DNA from: an uncultured bacterium
GTDB lineage: Bacteria; Joyebacterota; Joyebacteria; Joyebacterales; Joyebacteraceae
Assembly: GCA_964399265.1 (NCBI GenBank)
Contig: CAYNQF010000004.1
Location: 1 to 57,857 of the forward strand
Reading direction: 5' to 3'
DNA length: 57,857 bases
This document shows positions 17,769 through 29,271 of this stretch, one piece after another. How positions within the stretch are numbered: position 1 is the stretch's first letter; every line of letters starts with the position of its first letter. The position numbers and the translations under genes are program-made. The notes below the pieces were generated by a model. That model saw nothing but the letters and a program-made list of their open reading frames with translations, was not told where the DNA came from and ran no database searches.

Positions 17769-18845
17769 ATGCGCATATGCTTCCTTGCACACGCGAGTTC
17801 GGCCAACACCCGCTCGTGGGCGAACCACCTCGCTGAAGTCCTGGGCCACGACGTCCACGTCGTGTCGCTCTGTCACGGTGACGGCCTCGGCCGCGGTGTT
17901 ACCCTGCACGTCATCCCACAGAGGACGTCGGGCGTCCTCGCGTACGCCACGGCGCTCCCCGCCGCGAAGAGGCTGGTGCGTGAGATACGTCCGGACGTCC
18001 TGGTCGGATACCGCATAGCCAGCTACGGGTTCCTGGCGGCAGCCACGGGGTTCCACCCACTCGTGCTGGCCGCTCAGGGCCGCGTGGTGACGTCTCCCAA
18101 CGCGCTTCTCAAGAAGTTCCTCGTGTCGTACGCCATCCCGCGGGCCGACCTCATCAACTCCTGGGCGCAGCACATGACGCTCCGCCTGGTGGAGCTGGGG
18201 GCCAGACCCGAGATTATCCTGACGACGCCGCGCGGCATAGACCTCGGGCTCTTCAGCCCCGGCGCACCGGACGCCGAGAGGACCGACACGGTCGCCGTCA
18301 CGCGTTCCATGCACCGCGGGTATCGTCACGAGGTGATGCTGCACGCGGTGGCCGCCGCGGCGCGCGAGGTGCCGGGCCTTGGGTGCGTCTTCGCCGGGGC
18401 CGGCGAGGCGATGGACGACCTCAAGGCGCTCGCGTCGAAGCTCGGTCTGTCGGACCGCGTTGAGTTCGAGGGGGAGATTCCCGCCGAGCGTCTGGCCGAG
18501 ATCCTCCGAGGTGTCCGCATCTACGCGTCGACCGTTCGTTCGGACGGCGTGTCGGCTTCGCTCCTCGAAGCAATGGCCTGCGGCTGCTTCCCCATCGTCG
18601 CCGACAACGACGCGAACCGGCTGTGGCTCGAGGACGGCGTCAACGGGTCGCTCGTAGACGCGGCGGACCCGACGGCCTACGCCGCCGCCATCGTCGGGGC
18701 GCTTCGCAACACGGAGAAGCGCGAGTCGGCCGCGAAGCGGAACCGCGAGATCGTCGAGAGCGAGGCCGACCTGGACAAGAACATGAGGGTCATAGAGAGC
18801 GCGTACGCCGAACTCGTGCGCTCGGCCCGGGGAGGCGCTGCGTGA
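17769..18845 (+). CDS. GT4 glycosyltransferase
   Basis: GT-B signature SDGVSASLLEAMACG; start ATG 17769 chosen from the RBS. Confidence 0.85.
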   Translation: MRICFLAHASSANTRSWANHLAEVLGHDVHVVSLCHGDGLGRGVTLHVIPQRTSGVLAYATALPAAKRLVREIRPDVLVGYRIASYGFLAAATGFHPLVLAAQGRVVTSPNALLKKFLVSYAIPRADLINSWAQHMTLRLVELGARPEIILTTPRGIDLGLFSPGAPDAERTDTVAVTRSMHRGYRHEVMLHAVAAAAREVPGLGCVFAGAGEAMDDLKALASKLGLSDRVEFEGEIPAERLAEILRGVRIYASTVRSDGVSASLLEAMACGCFPIVADNDANRLWLEDGVNGSLVDAADPTAYAAAIVGALRNTEKRESAAKRNREIVESEADLDKNMRVIESAYAELVRSARGGAA

Positions 18846-20284
18846 GTGGCCTCCTCGATCGCATATACGAGAACAGCCCGGTGGCGGTCCAGAATTTCCT
18901 CGTGTCGGCGTACGGACGCCGGATACTCGGGGAGAGGTTCGGCCCCGAGTTCGATCGTCTGAGCGGGTTCCTGGCCGCGTCGGAGAGGGCGACGCGCGAG
19001 GAGATGCGCGAGTACCAGAGTGAGCGTCTGAGGCTGGTCGTCGCGCACGCCTACGAGACGGTACCTTACTACCGGGAGCTGTGGGACAGAGAGGGCGTGC
19101 GCCCCTCGGACGTCGTCTCGATCGACGACATCGGGAAGCTGCCCGTCCTCACGCGTGAAGCCCTGATAGCCAACCGCGAGAGGCTGCTGTCGTCGAAGGC
19201 CGACAGGCGCGGGCTGCGCATGGCCACGACATCGGGAACGACCGGATATCCCGTGTCGGTCTACTGGGACAGCGCCGTGAGCGTGATGAACAACGCCTGC
19301 CTCTGGCGCGCGAGGGAGTGGTGCGGCGTCGGGTTCGGACGGCCGTACGCGACGCTCATGGGCCGCATGATCGTCCCCATGAGGCAGCGCAGGCCGCCGT
19401 TCTGGAGGTTCAACAAGACCTGGAACCAGCTCATCCTCTCCTCGTACCACCTGGACGACCGGACCGTGCACTACTACGTCGAGCAGATGCGCGACTCCGG
19501 CGTCGAGATGCTGGAGGCGTATCCGTCGGCCGCGTACATGCTGGCCAGGTACATGGAGATGAGTTCCGCGCGGATCCCGCTGCGTGCGGTGCTGACGTCG
19601 TCCGAGCCGCTTCTGCCCGTGCAGCGCGAGCTGATAAAGGACAGGTTCGAATGCCCCGTCTTCGACGCCTACAGCCAGGCGGAGAGGGTCGCGTTCGCGA
19701 GCGAGTGCGAGGCGCACGAGGGGATGCACGTGTTCGGCGAGTACGGCGTGCTCGAGGTCCTGGACGGCGACCTCGCGCCCGTGAGTCCAGGCGAGACCGG
19801 TCAGATCGTCGCCACGGGTCTTCACAACATGGCCATGCCGCTCGTTCGCTACGCCACCGGCGACACCGCCGCGCTCAAGCCGGGGACGTGTTCGTGCGGC
19901 AGGACGCTCCAGCTCCTGGAGACTCTGACCGGCAAGGCCGAGGACATCGTCGTCACGCCGTCCGGTCGGATGGTGCCGGGTCCGCTCCTGAGCTTCGCGT
20001 TCAAGGGCGTTCCCGGCGTCGTCAGATCGCAGCTCGTGCAGGACAAGCCCGAGGAACTCAGGGTCAGGCTGGTCCTGGGCGAGGGATTCCAGCAGCGCGA
20101 CGAGGCGCGCATACGTGCCGCGCTGCGGGAGAGGCTGCCGGGAGTGACGATTACGGTCGAGCACGTCGACGATATCCCGATGTCGTCTCGCGGGAAGTAC
20201 AGGTGGGTCGTCTCGAGCGTCCCGCTCCGATGGGGCAACGTAAGCACGTCGAACCTCTACGGCAAGGAGCGAGGGACCGGATGA
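18842..20284 (+). CDS. Phenylacetate-CoA ligase family / CapK-like adenylate-forming enzyme
   Basis: AYETVPYYR, TTSGTTG P-loop, YSQAE, MPLVRYATGD, GKAED, RGKYRWV. Confidence 0.85.
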   Translation: MSGLLDRIYENSPVAVQNFLVSAYGRRILGERFGPEFDRLSGFLAASERATREEMREYQSERLRLVVAHAYETVPYYRELWDREGVRPSDVVSIDDIGKLPVLTREALIANRERLLSSKADRRGLRMATTSGTTGYPVSVYWDSAVSVMNNACLWRAREWCGVGFGRPYATLMGRMIVPMRQRRPPFWRFNKTWNQLILSSYHLDDRTVHYYVEQMRDSGVEMLEAYPSAAYMLARYMEMSSARIPLRAVLTSSEPLLPVQRELIKDRFECPVFDAYSQAERVAFASECEAHEGMHVFGEYGVLEVLDGDLAPVSPGETGQIVATGLHNMAMPLVRYATGDTAALKPGTCSCGRTLQLLETLTGKAEDIVVTPSGRMVPGPLLSFAFKGVPGVVRSQLVQDKPEELRVRLVLGEGFQQRDEARIRAALRERLPGVTITVEHVDDIPMSSRGKYRWVVSSVPLRWGNVSTSNLYGKERGTG

Positions 20285-22641
20285 AGAAGGTCCTTCACAT
20301 CATACAGTCGCTCGACACGGGCGGAGCTGAGCGCGTCGTGGCGGAGTACGCACTCGCGCACGACCGAAAGCGGTACAGCCCGGAGGTCTGCTGTGTGCTG
20401 GAGGGCGGATATCTCGTCGGTCAGCTGGAGGAGGCGGGCGTGCCCGTGCACGTCCTGCGCCGGGGGAAGAGGCTGAACCTCTCGGCGCTCCTGCGACTGG
20501 CGCGCCTGATGGCGCGCGGCCGGTTCGACGTCGTACACAATCACAACTTCACCGCGCTCGCGATAGGCGTTCCGGCCGCCGTTCTGGCCGGCGTCAACGT
20601 CCTCGTCAGGACAGAGCACAACGTCACGAGAGGACGGCGCGGCGTAAGGGACATGCTGAGCCGGCTGGCCGCTCTCCGCGAGGACGCTCAGATAGCCGTA
20701 TCGGACGCTGTGCGCAGATCACACGTCGAAGCGCGGCGGCTTTCGCCCGGGCGCTTCGCGACCGTGAGGAATGGTATCGACGGGGCGCGTCTGGCGCTCG
20801 ACGGCGATCGCGCCGAGACCCGCCGGTCCGCGGGGTGGGCCCCGGACGCGTTCGTGTGCCTGAGCGTCGGTAGTCTCACGCGCCAGAAGGACTTCACCAA
20901 CCTTCTGGCCGCGGCCGCGAAGGTGGCCGCCGAGCGGCCGGACGTCCGGTTCGTTGTCGTGGGCGAGGGAGCCGAGGAACAGGCGCTCCTCTCGCTGCGC
21001 CACGACCTGGGACTGGACGAGCGCGTGAGCTTCGTGGGACGGAGCACCGACGTGCCGGGACTCCTCAAGGCGGCGGATGCGTTCGTGCTCCCTTCCGCGT
21101 GGGAGGGCCTCCCGATCACGATGCTCGAGGCCATGGCGGCGCGAGTTCCGTGCGTGGTCACGAGGGCGGGCGGCGTCGATGAGATACTGGAGGACGGCAA
21201 GAGCGGGCTGGTCGTGCCGGCGAGGGACCACGACGCCCTGGCGAACGCGATCCTGAGCCTGGCGAGCGACGAGAGCCTGCGGGCCGACCTGGCCGCAGCG
21301 GCGTCGGCGGTGTTCGACCGCCGGTGCACGGCGAAGGGCATGGCACGGCAGACAGAAGCGCTCTACGACCTCGCGGCGAGCGGAAGGGCGGACCTCGCGG
21401 CGGCCGGACCAATGAAAGTGCTGCTCGTCATCGGCCAGCTGTCCCTCGGAGGGGCGGAGCGGCAGGTGGCCGAGCTTGCGACTCGTCTGCCGCGCGACCG
21501 GTACGAGCCGGTCGTGTGCTGCTTCTCCGACGGAGGGCCGCTCAAGGAGGAGTTCGATAAGGCCGGCGTGCGTGTCGTCTGCATAGGCAAGCGGTCGGGC
21601 GTGGCATCCGGAGCGTCCTGCTCGCTTGGCAGGCTGATCCGTGAGGAGCGTCCTGCGATCGTGCACTCCTACCTCTTCTCCGCGAATTGGAGGACCGTGC
21701 TCGTCGGGCGCCTGATGAGGGTGCCTCTCGTCATCACGTCCGTCAGGAACGTCGACATCCACAGCGTGCCCGCCTTCGTGTGGATGGAGCGAATCCTGTC
21801 GGGAATGAACGATGTCGTCATAGCCAACGCGGAGGCCGTTCGCGAGTACGTGGCCAGGGCACACTGGATAGAGAGATCGAGGATCAAGGTGATCATGAAC
21901 GGTGTGGCGCCTGAGCGCGTCGGACGCCTGCTCAAGACCACTCCGCGCGAGGCGGGTCGCACCGTTCTGTTGGTGGCGAGTCTGACACCGAAGAAGGACC
22001 ACGCCACGTTCCTGAGAGCGGCGCGCGAGGTGGCGAGGCGCGTTCAAGAGGCGCGCTTCGTGCTCGTAGGAGACGGTCCGCTTCGGAGCCGGCTCGAGAG
22101 TCTGGCAGAGGACATGGGACTCGGTGACCGCGTCGAGTTCAGGGGAGAGATGTACGACATCGCAGGTGCTCTCGCCGAGGCCGACGTGTGCGCGCTCACC
22201 TCGGTCAAGGAGGGATGCTCCAACTTCCTGCTCGAGTCCATGCTGGCCGGCAGGCCGGTCGTGGCCACCGACGCCGGCGGCAATCGCGAACTCGTCGAAG
22301 AGGGACGAACCGGCTACGTCGTCCCGGTCGGCGACTCCGCGGCGGTCGCCGACAGGCTGGTGAGGCTGCTCGACGACCCTCCGCTTGCGCGACAGATGGG
22401 CGAGGCCGGACGCGAGTCGGCGCTTCGCAGGTTCACCGTCGAGCGGATGGTCGACGAGACGATGGCTGTCTACGAGGAGACTCTGCGCCTGCGTCTTCCC
22501 GGACTGGTCGAGTGGGGATACGCGAGGGCCGCGAGAGGGAGAGCGTCGGTCGGCGAGGTCGCACCATGTGTTTCGTCCGGCGGGACGCCCGTACCGGCCG
22601 GTCACACGGAGAGCGCGCGGGGGGAATCGATTGGGTCCTGA
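20281..22641 (+). CDS. Tandem double GT4 glycosyltransferase
   Basis: Two complete GT4 units, each starting with GGAER: EGLPITMLEAM and EGCSNFLLESM. ATG at 20281; the track's 19318 start is an artefact. Confidence 0.88.
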   Translation: MKKVLHIIQSLDTGGAERVVAEYALAHDRKRYSPEVCCVLEGGYLVGQLEEAGVPVHVLRRGKRLNLSALLRLARLMARGRFDVVHNHNFTALAIGVPAAVLAGVNVLVRTEHNVTRGRRGVRDMLSRLAALREDAQIAVSDAVRRSHVEARRLSPGRFATVRNGIDGARLALDGDRAETRRSAGWAPDAFVCLSVGSLTRQKDFTNLLAAAAKVAAERPDVRFVVVGEGAEEQALLSLRHDLGLDERVSFVGRSTDVPGLLKAADAFVLPSAWEGLPITMLEAMAARVPCVVTRAGGVDEILEDGKSGLVVPARDHDALANAILSLASDESLRADLAAAASAVFDRRCTAKGMARQTEALYDLAASGRADLAAAGPMKVLLVIGQLSLGGAERQVAELATRLPRDRYEPVVCCFSDGGPLKEEFDKAGVRVVCIGKRSGVASGASCSLGRLIREERPAIVHSYLFSANWRTVLVGRLMRVPLVITSVRNVDIHSVPAFVWMERILSGMNDVVIANAEAVREYVARAHWIERSRIKVIMNGVAPERVGRLLKTTPREAGRTVLLVASLTPKKDHATFLRAAREVARRVQEARFVLVGDGPLRSRLESLAEDMGLGDRVEFRGEMYDIAGALAEADVCALTSVKEGCSNFLLESMLAGRPVVATDAGGNRELVEEGRTGYVVPVGDSAAVADRLVRLLDDPPLARQMGEAGRESALRRFTVERMVDETMAVYEETLRLRLPGLVEWGYARAARGRASVGEVAPCVSSGGTPVPAGHTESARGESIGS

Positions 22642-23781
22642 GAAGGTAAGAGTTACGGTCAAGCGCCCGAGAGGAGTCAGGCGCATCGGTTCCGCCATAA
22701 GGAACTCGGTGCTCGCGAGGAAGCTCGTCGAGGCTGTGCCCGCGGACGCGTGCGTCGTCCTCCGGTACCACTCTGTCAACGACGACCCCGGATGGTCGGG
22801 GGACTACCTGCAGGACAGCCTCACGGTCGCGCCGCGGACATTCGACGCGCAGATGGACTTTCTGAAGCGGCAATACGACGTCGTCGGCCTGGGCGAGATC
22901 GTCGAGCGCGTGCGCTCGGGCCGTCCTCTGAACGGCAGACTCGCGGCTCTGACGTTCGACGACGGATACGAGGACAACTATCGCAACGCGCTCCCGATCC
23001 TGACGAAGCACGGCCTCACAGCTACGTTCTACGTGACGACGAGCGCTCTGGGGGACGTCTCGGTGCTCTGGACGGTGAAGCTCAGGCATTCGATCAGAAG
23101 GACGCGCAGAGACTCTCTGACGCTGCCCTTCGCGGGAGAGCGCGCCATAGACATATCGTCCGCGGACGCGAAGGAGCGGGCGATCCGCCTCGTGACTAGC
23201 GTCGTGAAGCGGTCGACGGTGCAGGAGGCCGACGACGCGATCCGGGTCGTGGAGGAGCAGTGCGAGGTCGGTTCGGCCCACATGGACAGACGTGTCATGA
23301 TGACCGAGGAGGAAGTGCGCGAGATGCATTCCGGAGGAATGGAGATCGGCGCGCACTCGGTCGGGCACTACAACCTGCCGTCCATCGACGAGACCTCTCT
23401 CAGGCGGGAGGTCGTCGAGTCCCGCGCGTTCCTCGAGAACACTCTCGGCGCGCCCGTGCGGCACATGGCCTATCCCGACGGGCGCACGGGCAGGCACTTC
23501 GACGCCCGCGTCGCGGTCGCCGCGGCGGAGGCGGGCTACCTGTCGGCCGCGACCTCGGTGAACGGTCCCGTGACGAGCAGGTACTCGGTCTACAGCCTGC
23601 CGAGGCTGGGTGTCGTGCCGAGGCACGACAGGGTGTCCAGGCTGGCGGCGGACATGCAGTACACGCGGATCTCGCGCCCCGCCGACGGCGTGTTCGAGGA
23701 GGTGCGCCTGGCGATCGGAGCGGGCGCAGCGAGTCCCGGGCACGGCGCGCCTCCGTCGCGGGTGCTGAGGGCGGGGGCGGA

Positions 23782-23785
<4 letters not shown>
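22631..23785 (+). CDS. CE4 polysaccharide deacetylase
   Basis: LRYHSV, TFDDGY, AHSVGH, YPDG. Probable TTG start at 22631 after GGGGGA. Confidence 0.85.
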
Positions 23786-24956
<1,171 letters not shown>

Positions 24957-24960
<4 letters not shown>

Positions 24961-26801
24961 GGATACTCCTTCTGACACAGTACTTCCCGCCCGAGACGGG
25001 CGCGGCACCCGCGAGGGCACGCCACTTCGCGGCGAACCTCGCGAGGCTGGGACACGACGTCACGGTCGTGACCGGCATGCCGAACCATCCGAGCGGGGTC
25101 AAGCACCCCGCATACAGGAGGTGTCTCTGGCGCCGTGAGAACGACGGCCCGGTGCGCATCGTGCGCTGCGCTCTCTACGCTTCCCCGCGCAAGACGTTCG
25201 CGACGAGGATGCTGAACCAGCTGAGCTTCGCGCTCACCTCGGTGTTCGGAGGGCTCCGCGCGGGGCCGTGCGACATCATACTGGTCAGCTCGCCTCCGCT
25301 CTTTCTGGGCGCGTCGGCGTGGCTGCTTGGCCTCGTGAAAGCCGCGCCCTTCGTTCTCGACCTCAGAGACTACTGGCCGCAGGCGGCGGTTGCGCTCGGA
25401 CAGCTGAACAGCAGGACGGCCGTGAAGCTGGCCACGGGGCTAGAGGAGTTCCTCTACAGGCGCACCGGCAGGATGGTGGCCGTCACGCCGGGGATGCGCA
25501 GGCTCATGCTCGAGCGCGGCATCCCCGCGCACAGGGTTGAGCTGGTTACCAACGGCGCCGACCTCGACCGCTTCCGTCCGGCCGGGGCCGGCGCAGCCGA
25601 CGGCGAAGAGTTCACGGTGCTCTACAGCGGCACCCATGGCCTGGTCCACGGTATGGGGGTCATACTCGACGCTGCGGAATCGCTCCGCGACGACGAGAGG
25701 ATCAGGTTCCTGCTCGTCGGGGATGGGGTCGCCAAGGACGATCTCGTCGCGGACGCCGAGCGGCGGGGACTCCGCAACGTCGAGTTCACACCCAGCGTGC
25801 CGCCCGAGGACCTCTCCGACATCATAGGCGGCGCGGACGTGTGTGTCGCCACCACGACCGCCGGCGCGTTCAGCGAGGGGACGATCCCCGTGAAGCTGTT
25901 CGATTACATGGCGTGCGGGCGGCCCGTCGTGGCCGCGGTGAACGGCGACGGCAGGCGGCTCATCGATGAGTCTGGCGCGGGGATCGTCGTCGAGCCGGGT
26001 GACGCCGAGGGACTCGCTCGGGCCATCCGCTCTCTCGCGGACGACAAGGCCGCCCGCGAGGCAATGGGTGCGAGCGGGGCGAGGTTCGTGGCCGAGAACT
26101 ACTCCAGGGAGCGACTGGCCGAGAGGCTCGCTGAGATCCTCGAGAACGTGGTGTCGCTCGAGCGGTCCGTCGACGTCGATGGGAGGAGGTTCAGGCGCTA
26201 CCTCGCGCTCAAGTACACGCTCGACGCCTCGTTCGCGCTCTTCTTTCTCGTCGCCACGCTGCCGGTCTCGGCCATCCTCGCTCTTCTCGTTCGGCTCGAT
26301 TCGCCGGGGCACGCGGTCTTCAGACAGCGCCGCATCGGCGTGCACTCGCACGAGTTCATGATCGCGAAGTTCAGGACGATGGACCGAGGAACGCCCGATC
26401 TCGCGACCGACATAATGGTGGACCAGCCGCGGAGCTACACGACGAGGATGGGGCGGTTCCTGAGGCGCACCAGTCTCGACGAGCTGCCGAACTTCTGGAA
26501 CATCCTGCGCGGCGAGATGAGCATAGTGGGCCCACGGCCGGCGCTCTTCAACCAGGACGAGCTGATAGAGCGGCGCAGGCTCCTGGGCGTCGACGTGATG
26601 AGACCCGGGCTCACCGGATGGGCCCAGATCAACGGGCGTGACTCCGTCACGCTCGACGAGAAGGTCAGGCTCGACGAGTTCTACGTCAGGAACTGCTCGT
26701 TCATGTTGGACCTAAGGATCATCCTGCGCACGGCGGGGGTGATGTCCAACCCGGACGACCTTCCGGTGCGTCCCGTTCGGCGGAAGGAGGAGTCCTCTTG
26801 A
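24957..26801 (+). CDS. Fusion of a WbuB-like GT4 and a C-terminal monotopic phosphoglycosyltransferase (PglC/WcaJ-like sugar transferase)
   Basis: N-terminal QYFPPE..MPNHPSG..IPVKLFDYMA; C-terminal KFRTM, SLDELP, GEMSIVGPRP, PGLTGWAQINGR. Confidence 0.88.
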
Positions 26802-27685
26802 TCTCGAACAAGAGAGACCTTCGCACTCCCGATGCTGCGGGACGCCGCATCGATCCGCGGATGATCGCCGCTGCGGTCATCCTGGTCGCGCTCATCGTGC
26901 TGGTCTACAGGCAGAGCTTCGCGATCCTGTTCAGGACATGGGAGGCGAACCCCGATTACTCCCACGGCTACCTCATTCCCCCCGTCGTCGTGTTCCTCTT
27001 CTGGAGGGAGTGGAAGAAGTTCGTGGCCGCCGTGGGGAGAGGGTCGATGTGGGGTCTCCTCCTGATCTTAGTGGCGCTCGCGGGGCACGTGCTCTCGATA
27101 CGGGCCGGCGTCTTCATGACCCAGGGCTACTCCTTCGTGCTGCTGCTCTTCGGACTTTCGCTGTTCGTTTTCGGCCGGCCGGCGACGCGCGCCATCTGGT
27201 TTCCTCTAGGCTACCTCGTGTTCATGCTGCCGATGCCGCCGTTGCTGGTGAACGTGGTCAGCTTCCAGCTCAAGGTCTTCGCGGCGAGGGCCGGAAGCGC
27301 CCTTGCGTTCAAGCTCGGGGTTCCGCTCGCGCGCTCGGGAATGACCATCCATCTCGCCGCGGGCTCGCTTCGTGTCGCCAACCCGTGCAGCGGGCTCAGG
27401 TCGCTCATCGCGCTCGTCGCGCTGGGCGCGCTCTTCGCGTACCTCTCGCACGGTCCCGTCTGGAAGCGCCTGGTGTTGTTCCTGTCAGCCGTGCCGCTGG
27501 CCGTGGCGGCCAACATCGTGAGGATCGCCGCGCTCTGCGTCGTGGCGAGCGTGTGGGGCATCGATGCCGCGCTCGGGTTCTTCCATGACTTCTCGGGCCT
27601 TCTGCTCTTCGTGATGGCGTTCCTCGGGCTGGTCGTAGTGCGCAAGCTGCTGCGCACCGACGCCAGCGGAGAGGAGGCCGCGTGA
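26798..27685 (+). CDS. xrt: Exosortase (EpsH/Xrt family)
   Basis: YSHGYLIP; catalytic Cys (NPCSGLRS), Arg (NIVRI) and His (FHDFSG) all present; multi-TM. Confidence 0.93.
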   Translation: MISNKRDLRTPDAAGRRIDPRMIAAAVILVALIVLVYRQSFAILFRTWEANPDYSHGYLIPPVVVFLFWREWKKFVAAVGRGSMWGLLLILVALAGHVLSIRAGVFMTQGYSFVLLLFGLSLFVFGRPATRAIWFPLGYLVFMLPMPPLLVNVVSFQLKVFAARAGSALAFKLGVPLARSGMTIHLAAGSLRVANPCSGLRSLIALVALGALFAYLSHGPVWKRLVLFLSAVPLAVAANIVRIAALCVVASVWGIDAALGFFHDFSGLLLFVMAFLGLVVVRKLLRTDASGEEAA

Positions 27686-28323
27686 ACGCCTACGTCAAGG
27701 TGGCGCTCGTGTCGATCCTGCTCGCGCTCACGGCGGCGTACGTGTATCTGAACCCGCCACCGGACATGGAGGTCGGTGAGGGGAGGCTTGCCTCGTTCCC
27801 GATGGTCCTCGACGGCTGGAGCGGCATGGACCTGAGCTTCGACGAGGTCGTGGTCGAGGAGCTGAACGCCGACGACATGCTGACACGGAGGTACACGCGC
27901 GGCGCCGACGAGGTCTGGTTCGTCGTGATCTTCCATCAGAACGAGAGATACGGGGCCCATGAGCCGCTGGTGTGCTACCGCTCCCAGGGATGGACGGTGA
28001 CGGATCAGGGCACCAGGACCCTGAGGAGAGAGGGCGGCGAGTTCGACGCCAACTGGGTGACCGTGGAGTCGAAGGGCCAGACCAGGCTCGCTCTCTACTG
28101 GTGGTACACGGCCGGCGACCTGGCCACCGGCGACCGCGACAAGTTCATGGCGCGGATGGCGACGTCCGGCATCGTGTCGAACGTCACGTTCGGCGCGTTC
28201 GTAAGGATCTCTACGGTGGTGAGAAACGGCGACCTGGCCGGGGCCATGGACACGGTCACCGGCTTCGCCGAGCAAGCGCTCGTCTATCTTCCCGCCCTCT
28301 TCGAGGCGGACGTGGGGGACTAG
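27682..28323 (+). CDS. epsI: EpsI family exosortase-associated protein
   Basis: FPMVLDGWSG, HEPLVCYRSQGW, YWWY; GTGA-coupled to the exosortase gene. Confidence 0.88.
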   Translation: MNAYVKVALVSILLALTAAYVYLNPPPDMEVGEGRLASFPMVLDGWSGMDLSFDEVVVEELNADDMLTRRYTRGADEVWFVVIFHQNERYGAHEPLVCYRSQGWTVTDQGTRTLRREGGEFDANWVTVESKGQTRLALYWWYTAGDLATGDRDKFMARMATSGIVSNVTFGAFVRISTVVRNGDLAGAMDTVTGFAEQALVYLPALFEADVGD

Positions 28324-28404
28324 GCCGGGAGCGGCGCTGGCCGCTCGCCGGGTCGTGCCGCTCGGCCAGAGGGCCGGCGCAGGCAGGCAACATCCGGAGG
28401 TGCG

Positions 28405-29268
28405 ATGGGGCTCCTTAGGCAGTTCAACTCGCTGATCTGGGCCTGGAGCGAAACGTTCCGGGCGGCCGGACGCGGGGCGGCGCTCTCGCCGTTCGCGATA
28501 TACGCGGCAGTCCAATGCGCGGTCCTGTTCGCGGTGGTCGGCTTCGCCTACGCGCCGCTGTCGGTTGTGGTGGCGCCGGTGCTCAGGTGGAGGTTCGGCG
28601 ACGCCGCGCTGCACTACCCGAGCAACCTGTTCGTGCTCCGGCCGGCGCTGGCGCAGGTGGACTCTATCCTGATAGTGCTGCTCGGGTCGGTCTTGACGGC
28701 CACGGCCATACACCTGTTCGGAACCTTCTTCGCGGGCAGGAGACGCTCGCTCTCCACGAGCTGGCGCGCGGCCGGGAGCCGTTACCTTCCCGTCGTGGCG
28801 GTGGCCGCCGTCGTCATGGTGATCACGCACTTCGTGGCGAGGGCACCGTTCTCGCTCGTGAGCGGACTCGCCGAGAGTTCGCCCTCGATCTTCCGCATCG
28901 TGAGGTTCGGCGCAGTCGGCATCGTGATCGTCGTGCAGACGCTGTTCGTCTACACGGTGCCGGGCCTCGTCATATCGCGCCTTGGCCTCAAGGGTGCGGT
29001 CGGGCGCAGCTTCAGGCTCGCGGCGACGACACCTATCACGAGCCTCCTGATCGTCGGCGTGCCCGCGGCTCTGGAACTCATTCCGATGTGGCTGTCCAGG
29101 CAGAGTGCCACGCTGGCGCTGACGCTGTCTCCGGAGTTCCTCATCTGGGTGATGCTCCTCTGGGTCGCGGTGATCCTCGCGGCGGCCTACCTGACGGCGG
29201 GCGCGGCGACCCGCTTCTTCCTGTTCTCGATCCAGGACGAGGACGGCGACACCGGGGGGAGGGACTGA
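28405..29268 (+). CDS. Hypothetical integral membrane protein (about 6 TM)
   Basis: GGAGG RBS and multiple hydrophobic helices; no recognised motif. Confidence 0.7.
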   Translation: MGLLRQFNSLIWAWSETFRAAGRGAALSPFAIYAAVQCAVLFAVVGFAYAPLSVVVAPVLRWRFGDAALHYPSNLFVLRPALAQVDSILIVLLGSVLTATAIHLFGTFFAGRRRSLSTSWRAAGSRYLPVVAVAAVVMVITHFVARAPFSLVSGLAESSPSIFRIVRFGAVGIVIVVQTLFVYTVPGLVISRLGLKGAVGRSFRLAATTPITSLLIVGVPAALELIPMWLSRQSATLALTLSPEFLIWVMLLWVAVILAAAYLTAGAATRFFLFSIQDEDGDTGGRD

Positions 29269-29271
29269 GCG

